NCBI GenBank assembly: GCA_963700995.1 | Contig: CAVOZP010000006.1 | Coordinates: 136,006 to 200,005 of the forward strand | From: an uncultured Acidimicrobiales bacterium | Lineage (GTDB): Bacteria; Actinomycetota; Acidimicrobiia; Acidimicrobiales; JAHEJN01 | Direction of reading: 5' to 3' | Length of the DNA stretch: 64,000 nucleotides | Part shown: one piece after another, positions 40,937 through 52,205 of the stretch | How the letters are laid out: every line of letters begins with the position of its first letter | Position numbering within the stretch: position 1 is the first letter of the stretch | Notes under the pieces: model-generated | Databases searched by the model: none | Seen by the model: only the letters and a program-made list of their open reading frames with translations | What the model was told of the DNA's origin: nothing | Program-made: the position numbers and the translations under genes

Positions 40937-43535
40937 TCATCGGTCTGGCCTCGGTTCGCCATCTCGATCATCAGTGGAGCTTCGCCAGATCTCGGGGTCG
41001 AGGCTGTGGCCGAGCCGCTCGGGGTCGAGCTCGGCGGCGCGTCGTTCGAGCTGTCGACTGCGTGACTTGGCGTCGACGTACAGTCGATAGGCGCGGGCTG
41101 CCTCGGTCTCGGCCTCGTCGAGACGGGTCCTCAATGCGCCGGCCGTGGTGTCGTCGCCGGCATCGACGACCTCCAGCTCTAGTCGAATGGCCTCGGCCGC
41201 AACGAGCAACGTGGCGGCCTTCGCGTCGAGCTCGGCGACCCACTTGTTTGCCGCGCTCGCTCGTTCGGCTGCTTTGGCGAACTCGGCATGGGCCCCTTCG
41301 TCGGCTTCGGCGTCGAGATCGATGGTCTCGGTGGCCAGGATCATGGCTGCGAGCGGAAGACTCTCGACGAGCATGCCCAGCGGCGTGTTGAAAGGACCGG
41401 TTGCGCTACCGTGCCTGACCCGCAGGGGAGCCAGGGCAAGGGTGGCTGCGCCAAGCGCGGCGGAGAACGCCGCCGGTGTCGGGTCGACTTCGACGACCGT
41501 CGCCTGGATTCGCGCGTCCTCGAGCACTCCTTCGATCCGCGACTTCTCGTCGGAGTCCGCCATCTGCGGGACATAGACGATGATCGAACCGTCGGCCCAG
41601 TCGCCGTGGCGGGTACACAGCCAGCCGAGCAGGGTGATCAACTGACCGACCACGTCGTCGGACCACCAGAGGGCGATCGTTCGCTCGCGCGCAGGAGTCG
41701 ACTCGAAACGCTCCCAGGCATCGTCGCGAACGTTGATGACCGCCACGTTCGTGCCGAAGCGGATGCAATTCTGGAGCATTCGCCCGTACTTCTCCCGGTC
41801 CTCGTCGCTGCCCCGCAGATTCGCGACACCGAACAACATGAGGTTGGGTCGAATGTCACCGAGGCCGTGTGACTGCACGAGCGCTTGTACCGCCACGCCG
41901 ACCTTCTCGACCAGTACGACCCTGGCGTAGGTACCGGCCGCGATCTGCGCGGCTTCTCGCTGGAGCTCGATCTCGATTTCGGCGGCCTGGCGGCGCATGA
42001 CGGGTCCGGTGCCCTCGTGGATGCGCACTGCGGTGATGAACCCCGAACTGCCCTCCATCCACGAGGCGACGGTGATCATGCGGGTCCGAATCGTCGGATC
42101 CCTCGGCACGAAGGCCACGATGCACGGACGCCAGTCTCGGTCGCCGGTCGGCTCATCGGCCAGGGCATGAAGATGGTGTCGCGCTCGGGTGAAGTGGTGG
42201 GAGCCGGTGCTGTCGACCCACCGGTCGGGCACGTCGCGGTGTCGGAGGTAGTTGTACAACCCGACGAAGACCACTGCGGCGAATGCGCCGGCCAGTGGGT
42301 TGATGGCAACGATGGCTCCGCCGCAGGCAATCGTGCCGGCCAGACTCGCCCGATGGTCATACCAGCGAAAACGCGGTCGGAACGAAGTGCTACCCGCCGC
42401 GTATCTCGAAGTACGTGGCGTAGTTGATCAACCCGTAGCTCGCCAGGAAGAACATGGAGATGATCGGGGCGATGGCGTTCAGGTCGCCGGCGGCAACCGT
42501 GGCGAGGGCGATGAGCACCGACAGGCCGAGCGCTCGGCGGGGATTGTCGGACGGCCCGCTCCCGGCGGCGAAGAACTCGAGTCGGGGTAGCACCCGATCT
42601 TCGCCCAGACGCTGCAGCACCCTCGGCCCTCCGAGGATCGAAGCCAGCGCCGACGACAGGGTTGCGGCCAGTACGCCGACTATCACGGTCCACCCGACGA
42701 AGGAGACGTCACCCATGACCGTGGTGGTTTCTTGCGCGAGGATCGTCGCCGGTCTGGCGCCGGCCAGCGCCACGATGACGGCCAGATAGACGACGGTCGA
42801 CAGACCGACGGCGGCGAAGGTGCCTCTGGTGATCGAGCGACTGGGATTGCGGAGCTCACCCGACATGGCAACACCCTGGCTGAAGCCCGTCACCGCCGGG
42901 AAGAAGATGGCGAAGGCCTCCCAGAAGCCGACATCGCTCTCGGGCCGGCCGACGTTGTCGGCGAGAACATCGGGGTCGAACTCACCGGCTGCACCGGCGA
43001 AGAAGGAGACCAACGCGATGATCAGCAACCCCATGACCAGGAACTGGAGGCGGGTCGCCAGGTCGGCGCCCACCGCACCGACGGCGGCGAGAATGAGGAC
43101 CACGGCGGCTGCGGTCACGCGAACAAGCACCGCACTGTCGCTCCCGAATGCAGCGACCACCGCTTCGGCGAAACCGATGCTGTAGAACGCGATCGAGACC
43201 GAGATCGCCAGGTACAAGACCACCCCGACCGCGCCGCCGAACTCGATGCCCAACGTCCGTGAGATGAGAAAATACTCACCACCGCCGCGAACCCGCATGT
43301 TGGTCGCGACGACGGCGAGCGAGATGCTGGTGAGGACCGATACCGATGTCGCCAGCGCCAGTATGAGCAGCGCCTGCACGAGCCCGACCGATCCCACGAC
43401 GTACGCGACGCGGAGGAACAGGACGAGACCGAGAATCGTGAGGATGCTCGGGGTGAAGACGCCACCGAATGTCCCCAGCGTGCCCACCGGCTGCTGGGCG
43501 CCGAGACTGCGATCCTCCGATGTCGTGGCTGCCAT
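40937..43535 (-). CDS. Cation-chloride cotransporter (SLC12-like) / amino acid permease; frameshifts near 42350-42400
   Basis: LGTFGGVFTPSILTILG, GGGEYFLISRTLGIEFGGAVG, FAIFFPAVTG; cytoplasmic domain with WRP and GLGDIRPN. Confidence 0.85.
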
Positions 43536-43595
43536 CGCCGCACATTAAACGAAGCGACGTTGCCCTCGGGGCTTCGCCGGGACATCCTTGCCCTC

Positions 43596-44897
43596 GTGAC
43601 CGATCAGGTTCCCCACGTCGTCATCATCGGTGGGGGCTTCGGCGGGCTGGCCGCAGCGAAAGGGCTGGCCGATGCTGCAGTCCGTATCACCGTCGTCGAT
43701 CGTCGCAACCACCATCTGTTCCAGCCGCTGCTCTATCAGGTGGCCACCGTGGGATTGAATCCAGCCGACATCGCCCACCCGATTCGCTCGATCCTGTCGT
43801 CGCAGGCAAACGCGAAAGTGCTGCTGGGGGAGGTCGTCGCCATCGATCCCGAGGCCGCCACGGTGAACCTCGACGACGGAACCGACCTCGAGTTCGACTA
43901 CCTCGTGGTGGCCGCCGGGACGGCCCACTCGTACTACGGGAACGACGGCTGGGAAGCCCACGCCCCGGGACTCAAGACGATCGAGGATGCGCTCGAGGTG
44001 CGGCGTCGGGTCCTGCTGGCGTTCGAACGTGCGGAGCGGAGCGACGATCCGGCGGAGCGCCAGGCCGACCTCACCTTCGTCGTGGTCGGTGGCGGACCGA
44101 CCGGCGTCGAGACGGCCGGAGCGATCGCCGAGATCGCCTTCAAGACTTTGACCAGGGAGTTTCGGGTGATCGACCCGTCGACGGCCACGGTGATACTCCT
44201 CGAGGGGACCGACCGGGTGCTCGGCGCCTACCCCGAGTCGCTGTCGAAGAAGGCGTTGCGCCAGCTTCGCGATCTCGGAGTCGACGTGCGACTCGACGTG
44301 ATGGTCACCGGCATCGATGATGCCTCGGTCGAGACCACCGCAGGCACGATCGCGGCTCGCACGACCATTTGGGCCGCCGGAAACGAAGCGTCACCCCTGG
44401 CCGCCATGCTCGGTGCCAGCACCGACCGGTCGGGCAGGGTCATGGTCGAATCCGATCTCTCCATCCACGGGCACCGGCGCATCTTCGGCATCGGCGACAT
44501 GGCTCATGCCGTGTCGAACGGCACCGAGGTTCCCGGCGTTGCGCAGGGCGCCATCCAGGGCGGTGCCCACGTCGCTGGTGCCATCCGCGCCGATCTCGCC
44601 GGGCAGCCACGACGGAAGTTCCGCTATCGGAACAAGGGGGAACTGGCGACCATCGGTCGCTCGTCGGCGGTCGGAACGATCGGTCGGCTGCGTCTGTCGG
44701 GCTGGATCGCCTGGATGGCCTGGTGGTCGGTCCACATCTTCTTCCTCATCGACTTCCGGAGTCGACTGGTCGTGTTCTTCAGCTGGGCCTGGAGCTATGT
44801 CACCTTTCAACGAGGTGCTCGCCTCATCACCGGGCCGTGGCGACCCCGACGCGATCCGCCTACCGCGAAGCCCGAACGCCGATCAGCGTTCGAATGA
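43596..44897 (+). CDS. ndh: Type II NADH dehydrogenase
   Basis: IGGGFGG, FQPLLYQVAT, VGGGPTGVE, WAAG, IGD, KGELATIGR. Confidence 0.9.
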   Translation: MTDQVPHVVIIGGGFGGLAAAKGLADAAVRITVVDRRNHHLFQPLLYQVATVGLNPADIAHPIRSILSSQANAKVLLGEVVAIDPEAATVNLDDGTDLEFDYLVVAAGTAHSYYGNDGWEAHAPGLKTIEDALEVRRRVLLAFERAERSDDPAERQADLTFVVVGGGPTGVETAGAIAEIAFKTLTREFRVIDPSTATVILLEGTDRVLGAYPESLSKKALRQLRDLGVDVRLDVMVTGIDDASVETTAGTIAARTTIWAAGNEASPLAAMLGASTDRSGRVMVESDLSIHGHRRIFGIGDMAHAVSNGTEVPGVAQGAIQGGAHVAGAIRADLAGQPRRKFRYRNKGELATIGRSSAVGTIGRLRLSGWIAWMAWWSVHIFFLIDFRSRLVVFFSWAWSYVTFQRGARLITGPWRPRRDPPTAKPERRSAFE

Positions 44898-45695
44898 CCA
44901 GGTCGGTTGCACCTGGTACAGGTACCGATCGGCCACATAGTTGAGGAACCGCCGTGCGGCACGGATGCGGTGAGCCATGTCGTGCAGGAGCACCGGCGTC
45001 GATGGCGATCCTTCGGCTGCGGCGGTGTACCAGGCCGAGCTCAGAGTCTCGAGCGCGTCGAGGCCGGCGGTGGACGACCCATGGTCGATCAGGTGGTCGA
45101 GCTCCTCGTCGGTCATCTGCACCGATCGCCCGAGATGCTCGGCCTGGGCGGCGGAGAGCGTGGTGGCACCGGCGCGATCGGGGAAGACGCCCGCCTGGAA
45201 CAGCGCCAGGTCGCCCAACTGACGCAGGAGCACGACCCGATCGGCCGGCTCGACGGCGGTGAGCCAGTCGACCAGATCGTCGAGATCGAGGTGATCGGCC
45301 GGCACCGCCTGGGTGGTCGGTGCGGCGAAGCCCGCCAAGAGCCTGGCGGTGAACAGGAGTCGGCCCGGAGCGTCGGCGAACTCCAACAGCGGTTCGACAT
45401 CGAACACCGGCAGGCGGCAACCGGGCCCCACCCAGTCCGCCACCCACTCACTCGAGGCCAGCTCCTCGGCCGAGAGGTGCACGAGCGCCGCGAAGAAGAG
45501 GAGCGGCGACACACCGAGATGCTCGGGATCGGTGCCGGTGGTGATCGACTCGACGACTTCGGGTCGGCGGAGGATCTCGCTGATCGATGAGGGGCGTCGC
45601 TCGAGCTCGACCCGCAGCGACTGGGGATCGGTGTCGAGAGCACGCGCCAACACGATGAGGTCTCCTTCACCGAGCTCAACGCGCTGTCGTGTCAC
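44883..45695 (-). CDS. Conserved hypothetical protein
   Basis: GTG start with AGAAGG RBS; motif-like VSPLLFF, LRQLGDLALFQAGVFPD, ARRFLNYVADRYL. Confidence 0.7.
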   Translation of the reverse strand: MTRQRVELGEGDLIVLARALDTDPQSLRVELERRPSSISEILRRPEVVESITTGTDPEHLGVSPLLFFAALVHLSAEELASSEWVADWVGPGCRLPVFDVEPLLEFADAPGRLLFTARLLAGFAAPTTQAVPADHLDLDDLVDWLTAVEPADRVVLLRQLGDLALFQAGVFPDRAGATTLSAAQAEHLGRSVQMTDEELDHLIDHGSSTAGLDALETLSSAWYTAAAEGSPSTPVLLHDMAHRIRAARRFLNYVADRYLYQVQPTWSFER

Positions 45696-45796
45696 CGTGT
45701 CGCCTTCTCTCGAGGCACTTCTCCATCTATCGGCACGATTTCGAGAGTAGTGAACCCGGCAGATGAAGGTGGGACGCCATGGCGCCAGCGGGTGTG

Positions 45797-46216
45797 TCAA
45801 ACCGCGACGGCGTGGGTCTTCCAGAGGATGGGCTCGGCCATCTCGCTGTGGAAGGGCTGGAACACGACCTGACCGGTGCGTCGGTCGACGCCGTAGGGGC
45901 CGATGACGGTGATAGCTACGCCGTCGGCGTGTTCGACGGCGATCTGCACCTCGTTCTGGTCGCGCTCGTCGACCATGAAGGCGACGGTGCGGAACTGCGA
46001 CGGCTGCATCTGCACTCGAGTCGCCAGCACGTTGCGGCGGTTGGTCGCGTCGTCCTCGCAGAGCTCGGTGTCGCCGTCGACGCTCAGCGCGATCATGCAC
46101 GGCCGCACCGCCCCGCTGGCCGCAAGGCTTCCTTGTATCTGATCGACCGCAGCTCGGACGAGCTGGTCGATCTCGGTCTCGGTGGTCGAAGCGACATGGT
46201 CGCGCCAATTGGCCAT
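45797..46216 (-). CDS. Hypothetical protein
   Basis: GGAGG RBS, 139-aa ORF with globular composition. Confidence 0.65.
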   Translation of the reverse strand: MANWRDHVASTTETEIDQLVRAAVDQIQGSLAASGAVRPCMIALSVDGDTELCEDDATNRRNVLATRVQMQPSQFRTVAFMVDERDQNEVQIAVEHADGVAITVIGPYGVDRRTGQVVFQPFHSEMAEPILWKTHAVAV

Positions 46217-46357
46217 CGGATTGCCTCCAGGGGTGGTGCTCGAGCGCCGGTCCTACGCCGATGTGGGCTGTGGCCTGATGGATCGGATGGCTACCACCGG
46301 GCCTTGATACCTACCCAGCCAGATTGGTCCGATCGCCCCAGAACTGGTCCTTGTGAC

Positions 46358-47259
46358 TCAGGCTCTTGTACCCAGCGCTGGGCGAGACATCCCAGCACGT
46401 GCCGCATTCCGAGCGATCTCCTCGGCCATCTCGGCGCGTCGGGTGACGGGCAGATCGTGGCCCATCTCGGGATACAGGATCAGCCGTGAGCCGGGGATCG
46501 CGGCGGCGGTGGCTTCGCCCCCCGAGGGCTGAACGAGCGGATCGACCATGCCGTGGACCACGACGGTGGGAGCCGTGACCGACCCCGAGCGCGGCCGTGC
46601 GGTCGGCACTGGCGAAGATGGCAGCCGTCTGTCGACCAGTGCCCTCGGGTGTCCAACTGCGGGCCACACCGATCGAAGCCTTCCGGCGGAAGGCTTCCTC
46701 GTCGAAGGTCGGCCCGGCGATGGTGCGGAACACCTCGACCGCCTGCTCGACGCCGCGTTCGCGACTCGGTTCCTCGCCTCGCGTCATCTTCAGCATCAGC
46801 CGGGGCGTGGGCTGACCGACGCGCCGATTGCCGGTGGTCGACATGATCGAGGTGAGCGATCGCACCCGCCGGGGATGATCGATGGCAAGGGTTTGGGCGA
46901 TCATTGCGCCCATCGACACGCCAGCCACGTGGGCACCGTCGAGGTCGAGAGCATCGAGGAGACCAGCGATGTCGTCGGCCATGTCGGCGAGGAGGTATTC
47001 GCTCTCGACGGGACGACGGGACAGGAGCGATCGGGCGAGGCGCGCCCTGGTCGGCGGCACCGACATGAACTGCGTGCTCAGACCCGCGTTCGCGATTGTC
47101 GAGGGCGATCACCCGGAAGCCCTGGCCGACCAGCGCTTCGACGAGGTCGTCGGGCCAGTCGGTGAGCTGGCGCCCGAGACCCATCACCAGCAGGAGGGGT
47201 TCACCCGAGCCCCACTCCTCGTATTCGATCGTGATGCCGTTCGCGGCGACGGAAACCAT
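46358..47259 (-). CDS. Alpha/beta hydrolase; frameshifts near 47090 and 46585
   Basis: LLVMGLG, DNR, GVSMGAMIAQ, HGMVDPLV, MGHDLP over three frames. Confidence 0.85.
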
Positions 47260-47278
47260 CTGGTGAGGGTACGAGCGC

Positions 47279-48295
47279 TCAGTCCGAGGGATGCGTGTTG
47301 GCCATGGTGAATCCGGCTGCTTCGGCTGATTCGGGCGAGTCGAACCAGACCTCGGCGACGGTGGCGCCGTAGTTGCGGCTGTCGGGCCGGTGGTAGAGCA
47401 TCGAGTCGACGTTGCCCTTCACGGGGAAGCCCGCGGGCATGACTCCGCTGTCGAGCGGAGCGTGCGACCCAGTACCGAAGGGGTACAGCCCGCTCGGAAC
47501 CGGGTCAGAGACCGTCGGAGCCCTCCGCTCGACAACGACCGGAGCGCCGATCAGGGCGGCGCCGGACGCCTCGTTGGGGGCGGCCCCTTCGCCCAGGCTG
47601 GGATCGTCGATGGCCAGCCACAACACCACGGCGAGAAGGGCACCGAGGGTGGGGAAGATGAAGAAGGCCCACAGCTGTTCGACGGCGTCGCCACCCGCGA
47701 AGACGGCCATTCCGAGCGATCGGGCAGGGTTCACCGACGTGTTGTTGACCGGGATGGAGATGAGGTGGATGAGGGTGAGGGTCATGCCGATGTGCAGGCC
47801 GAGCACCGCGCCGCTGTAGCCGCGGCGGGTGCTTGACAGCACCGCCAACACCAGCACGGCCGTGAGCAGGATCTCGGTGATGACCATCGGCCAGAAGCCG
47901 AAATACCCGTTGCCCTCGTCCCAGAGATTGGTGGCGAAGTTGAGTGGGTTGGTGTCCCACGCATCGGGGGCGCCAGAGCGGATGGCCCAGATGAGGAAGC
48001 CACCGAGAACCGCACCGACCAGCTGTCCGGCCCAGTAGGCCAATGCCCTGCTCCAGGTGATGGCGCCGTAGGCCAGCATCCCCACCGTTATCGCCGGGTT
48101 GATGTGGGCGCCCGAAACATGACCGACCGTGTAGATCGCAACCAGTACTGCGAGACCGAAGCCGAGCGAGACTGTGAGCACCGCAGCTCCGTCGAGGTAG
48201 CCGGTACCAGCGGCAAGCACGGCGACACCGGGCCCGCCCAGCATCAAAATGGTCGTGCCGATGATCTCGGCGACCAGGATCCGTCCGTTGTTCAT
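47279..48295 (-). CDS. aqpZ: Aquaporin Z-like MIP channel with extra C-terminal domain
   Basis: [13 protein letters not shown] and [19 protein letters not shown]; C-terminal [10 protein letters not shown]...AEVWF...AEAAGF. Confidence 0.9.
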   Translation of the reverse strand: MNNGRILVAEIIGTTILMLGGPGVAVLAAGTGYLDGAAVLTVSLGFGLAVLVAIYTVGHVSGAHINPAITVGMLAYGAITWSRALAYWAGQLVGAVLGGFLIWAIRSGAPDAWDTNPLNFATNLWDEGNGYFGFWPMVITEILLTAVLVLAVLSSTRRGYSGAVLGLHIGMTLTLIHLISIPVNNTSVNPARSLGMAVFAGGDAVEQLWAFFIFPTLGALLAVVLWLAIDDPSLGEGAAPNEASGAALIGAPVVVERRAPTVSDPVPSGLYPFGTGSHAPLDSGVMPAGFPVKGNVDSMLYHRPDSRNYGATVAEVWFDSPESAEAAGFTMANTHPSD

Positions 48296-48409
48296 GGTTC
48301 TCGACTCCGGGTCGTGGGTGGACATCTGCGGGGAACAGTAGGTCGGCCCCTTGTGGACGTCGACCCGACGGCGTTGCGAACCGGGCGGCCGTGCTCCAGG
48401 CTCGTTGTC

Positions 48410-48833
48410 ATGGAAGAGTTCGGCGACACCCTCCGGCCCGGGAGCGGGGTCGTGATCCCCGTCGGCGTGGTCGAGTGGCGCTTCAGCACCTCGGGAGGTC
48501 CGGGGGGCCAGCATGCCAACCGGTCGAACACGCGGGTCGAGGCCGCACTCGATCTCACCACCGCTCCGGGAATCGCCGACGACACGCGCGCAACCCTGAT
48601 CACCAAATGTGGCGAGGTGCTCACCGTGGCGGTCGACGACACGCGCTCCACAGCATCGCAATCGCCAGGTGGCGCTCGAGCGCCTGCAAGAGAAGATGGC
48701 TGCCGCCCTTCGGCGCCCGAAGCGACGGCGCAAGACCAAGCCCTCGCGCGGCGCCGTGCAGCGACGGCTGAAGGCCAAGAAGGTGCAGGCCGACAAGAAG
48801 AAGGCTCGCGGCCGCGTGACCGGAGACGACTGA
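48410..48833 (+). CDS. arfB: Alternative ribosome rescue peptidyl-tRNA hydrolase; frameshift near 48650
   Basis: [16 protein letters not shown]; basic tail [22 protein letters not shown]. Confidence 0.9.
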
Positions 48834-48874
48834 ACTACCTTCGGGTTGACGCCGAAAACCAACGGGGAGCAGCG

Positions 48875-49744
48875 ATGGTCGAGAAGAAGTTCGTGACCGT
48901 GAACGGCAAGCACATGGCCTACTTGGAGTCGGGCGACCACGACGGTCACCCGATCGTGTTCCTCCATGGCAACCCCACCTCCAGTTACCTGTGGCGCAAC
49001 GTCATGCCCCACCTCGAGGCGCAGGGTCGATGCCTGGCGCCCGACCTCATCGGCATGGGCGACAGCGACAAGCTCGACGATGTCGGCCCCGACTCGTACC
49101 GCTTCGTGGAGCACCGCGACTACCTCGACGGCTGGTTCGATGCGGTGGGGGCCACGGTCAACGTCACCCTCGTGGTCCACGACTGGGGATCGGCGCTGGG
49201 GTTCCATCGGGCCCATCGCTTTCCCGACCAGGTGGAAGGCATCGCCTACATGGAGGCGATCGTGAAGCCGGTGACCTGGGCCGACTGGCCCGAGGCCGCG
49301 ACCAGTGTGTTCCAGGGGTTCCGGAGCGACGCCGGCGAGTCGATGGTGCTCGAGAAGAACCTGTTCGTCGAGGCCGTGCTGCCCGGGTCGATCCTGCGGA
49401 AGCTGACCGACGAGGAGATGAACCAGTACCGGCGGCCCTTCACCGAGGCGGGTGAGTCGCGTCGACCCACCCTCACCTGGCCCCGGGAGATTCCCATCGA
49501 CGGCCACCCGGCCGATGTCGAGGAGATCGTCGCCGCCTACGCGCAGTGGATGAGCACCAACGACATGCCGAAGTTGCTCATCACCGCCGACCCGGGGGCG
49601 ATCCTGCAGGGCGCCCAGCTCGAGTTCGCCCGGACCTGGCCCAACCAGACCGAGGTCGGCGTGAGCGGCAGCCACTTCATCCAGGAGGACTCGCCCGACG
49701 AGATCGGCGCGGCCATCGCCGAGTGGCGTTCGGGCTGGGCGTGA
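48875..49744 (+). CDS. Haloalkane dehalogenase
   Basis: [43 protein letters not shown]. Confidence 0.92.
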   Translation: MVEKKFVTVNGKHMAYLESGDHDGHPIVFLHGNPTSSYLWRNVMPHLEAQGRCLAPDLIGMGDSDKLDDVGPDSYRFVEHRDYLDGWFDAVGATVNVTLVVHDWGSALGFHRAHRFPDQVEGIAYMEAIVKPVTWADWPEAATSVFQGFRSDAGESMVLEKNLFVEAVLPGSILRKLTDEEMNQYRRPFTEAGESRRPTLTWPREIPIDGHPADVEEIVAAYAQWMSTNDMPKLLITADPGAILQGAQLEFARTWPNQTEVGVSGSHFIQEDSPDEIGAAIAEWRSGWA

Positions 49745-49754
49745 TCCGCACAGC

Positions 49755-51005
49755 GTGAGCGAGACCTCCCAGGGTCACGGGTGGTGGAAGGCGTCCGACG
49801 GGCTGTTCTACCCTCCGGAGACCCACCCGGACTACGTTCCGCCGCCTCCGCCGCGGGGCGCGAGCTACCGGCCGCCACCGGCAGCGCCGGTACCCCCGCC
49901 CATGTCGCCACCCTCGACTACGGCGCCTACCGAAAACGCGCCGCCTCCAACGGGTGTGCCGGCGCCGGGGCCCGATCGCCGTGTCACGATTGCGTTCGTC
50001 GGCCTGGCGGTCGTGGTGTTGGCGGCCGGCGTGGTGGCGGCGATCGGCCTTTTGGCCAGCAGCGACGATGCGACCGAGGCGTCTCCCGCGACGTACGACG
50101 TCGCACGGGCGCCGGCGACCGCCCCCGCCGATGCCTTCGTCACCACCGGTGTCGAGACCGGCAACGGTGTGGTGATCTTCGGGACCGTCGACGACACCGA
50201 CGCGACCGATACGCAGATCTGGAGCTCTGAGGTGCTCACGCTGGGCCCCGGACCCGCCGTGCAGGTGGGGGCCATCTCGGTGCCCGTCGGTACGCCGTAC
50301 CTCTACGGAGTGACCCCGACCGCCGAAGGCTTCCTCGGTGGCGGTGAGATCTTCTTCCCCGACAGCGGCGAGTCGCAGGCCGCGATCTTCTCGTCAGCCG
50401 ACGGGATCGACTGGTCGCTGGCCGCTGCGCCCGGTGGCGTGGCCGACGCCGATGCGGTCTATGACGTCGCGGTGGTCGGTGACCTTGCGCTGGCGGTGAG
50501 CGTGAACGACACAGAGGCCATCGGGTCGAACCGCGTGTACCGGAGCACCGACGGCGGGCTCACATGGGAGGCGACGATGGTGGAGGTGGCCACCAACTTC
50601 GCCAACGCCTGGGGCATCGGCACCGACGGCGAGCAGTTCGTGATCGTCGGTAGCACGCCCCTGCCGAGCGGGGGAGCGAGGCCTGCCATCTTTCGCTCGA
50701 TCGACGGCATCGCGTGGACCACATCGAAGCTGCCAGCCGAGTTCCAGGGTGTTCTGTACGACGTCGCAGCGGTCGACGGCGGGTTTCTCGCCGTCGGTGT
50801 CGAGTACCGCGACGGCACCGACGATGCCCTGATCTTCTCGTCGGTCGACGCCGAGAACTGGCGCGATCTCACCACCGAGGCCGACGTGACCCTCAGCACC
50901 GACGAGGCCATGTACTCGGTGATCCCGTCGGGCTCGGGTGCGGTGGTGACCGGTCTCATCGACGAGGTGTACGGGTTCTGGGAGGTCACCGTCGTCGAAG
51001 AGTGA
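49755..51005 (+). CDS. Membrane-anchored protein with GWWxASDG N-terminal motif and Asp-box beta-propeller-like domain
   Basis: [21 protein letters not shown], Pro-rich linker, one TM helix, SxDGxxW repeats. Confidence 0.75.
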   Translation: MSETSQGHGWWKASDGLFYPPETHPDYVPPPPPRGASYRPPPAAPVPPPMSPPSTTAPTENAPPPTGVPAPGPDRRVTIAFVGLAVVVLAAGVVAAIGLLASSDDATEASPATYDVARAPATAPADAFVTTGVETGNGVVIFGTVDDTDATDTQIWSSEVLTLGPGPAVQVGAISVPVGTPYLYGVTPTAEGFLGGGEIFFPDSGESQAAIFSSADGIDWSLAAAPGGVADADAVYDVAVVGDLALAVSVNDTEAIGSNRVYRSTDGGLTWEATMVEVATNFANAWGIGTDGEQFVIVGSTPLPSGGARPAIFRSIDGIAWTTSKLPAEFQGVLYDVAAVDGGFLAVGVEYRDGTDDALIFSSVDAENWRDLTTEADVTLSTDEAMYSVIPSGSGAVVTGLIDEVYGFWEVTVVEE

Positions 51006-51052
51006 CCCCGTGTGTCATGCTCGGCGGGTTCGACGACGGTGAGGAGCAAACG

Positions 51053-52033
51053 ATGCGCGCAGTGGTCTTGCGGGAGTACGGCGGACCCGAGGTGCTCCGG
51101 ATAGAGGACGTTCCCGACCCGGTCGCCGGCCCTGAGGAGGTGGTGGTCGACATCGTCGCCACCGCTCTCAATCGGGCCGACACCCTGCAGCGCATGGGCC
51201 TGTACTCAGGTCCACCGGCCGAGCACGAGATCCCCGGGCTGGAGTACTCCGGCACCGTGTCGGCCGTGGGTGAACGGGTGGCCGGTCGGTCGGTGGGTGA
51301 TCCGGTGATGGGCATCGTCGGTGGCGGCGCCTACGCCGAGAAGCTGGCCGTGCACGAACGCCAGACCATCACCATTCCCTCCTCGGTGTCGCTGGCCGAT
51401 GCGGCCGCCATTCCCGAGGTGTTCATCACGGCCTGGGATGCGCTCGTCGTACAGGGCGGGCTCACTACCGGCCGCACCGCGCTGGTGCACGCCGGTGCCT
51501 CGGGGGTGGGCACGGCCTCGATTCAGATCGCCAAGGCGCTCGGCGCTCGGATCATCGTCACCGCGTCGTCGGGCAAGGTGGCCCGCTGCCGTGAGCTGGG
51601 CGCCGACCTGGCCGTCGACTACACGACCGACGACTTCGCCGAGGCGGTGGCCGAATTCACCGGGGGAGCGGGGGTCGACGTGGTGCTCGACGTGATCGGC
51701 GGTGAGTACCTGGCCCGCAACGTGGCCTCGCTCAAGACCAAGGGCCGCATCATCCAGGTGGGGGTGATGGGAACGGGAATGGTCGACTTCAACATCGGGA
51801 GTCTGCTGTTCAAGCGTGCGCAACTGATCGGCACGGTGCTGCGGGCCCGCCCCATCGAGGAGAAGATTGCGCTCACGCAACGGTTTGTGGCCGAGATCGT
51901 GCCGCGCTTCGACGACGGCAGCCTGGCCCCGGTGATCGACAGCCGCTACACCCTCGACTCCATCGCCGACGCCCACGCCCACATGGGCGCCAACGCCAAC
52001 ATCGGCAAAATCATGGTCGACGTCGCCTCCTGA
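51053..52033 (+). CDS. NAD(P)H-quinone oxidoreductase (zeta-crystallin/PIG3 family)
   Basis: YGGPEVL, LNRADTLQRMG, PGLE, HAGASGVG, NIGKI; GAGGAG RBS. Confidence 0.9.
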   Translation: MRAVVLREYGGPEVLRIEDVPDPVAGPEEVVVDIVATALNRADTLQRMGLYSGPPAEHEIPGLEYSGTVSAVGERVAGRSVGDPVMGIVGGGAYAEKLAVHERQTITIPSSVSLADAAAIPEVFITAWDALVVQGGLTTGRTALVHAGASGVGTASIQIAKALGARIIVTASSGKVARCRELGADLAVDYTTDDFAEAVAEFTGGAGVDVVLDVIGGEYLARNVASLKTKGRIIQVGVMGTGMVDFNIGSLLFKRAQLIGTVLRARPIEEKIALTQRFVAEIVPRFDDGSLAPVIDSRYTLDSIADAHAHMGANANIGKIMVDVAS

Positions 52034-52059
52034 CCCCCCTCCCCCCGCTTCCCAGCATC

Positions 52060-52109
52060 GAAATTGGTTTGCTGAGAGTCATATCTGGGTCCCCGTAGAC
52101 CAATTTCGG
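52060..52109 (+). repeat. 50-bp palindromic REP-like element, copy A
   Basis: GAAATTGGTTTGC...GTAGACCAATTTC stem; 34/50 ungapped identity to copy B. Confidence 0.6.
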
Positions 52110-52205
52110 GCAATCTCGGCACGGGTCGTCGGGATCATGGACTCAACCTGGGGTGCGAAAGCGTCGATGGCGTGGTGAGATCTCCGATGAAAGAAGGACA
52201 TTCCG

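Noticed and set aside
47279-49675. 798-aa ORF as a giant aquaporin fusion
   Set aside because: The N-terminal 460 aa are antisense to arfB and the dehalogenase; the MIP domain starts near 48295.
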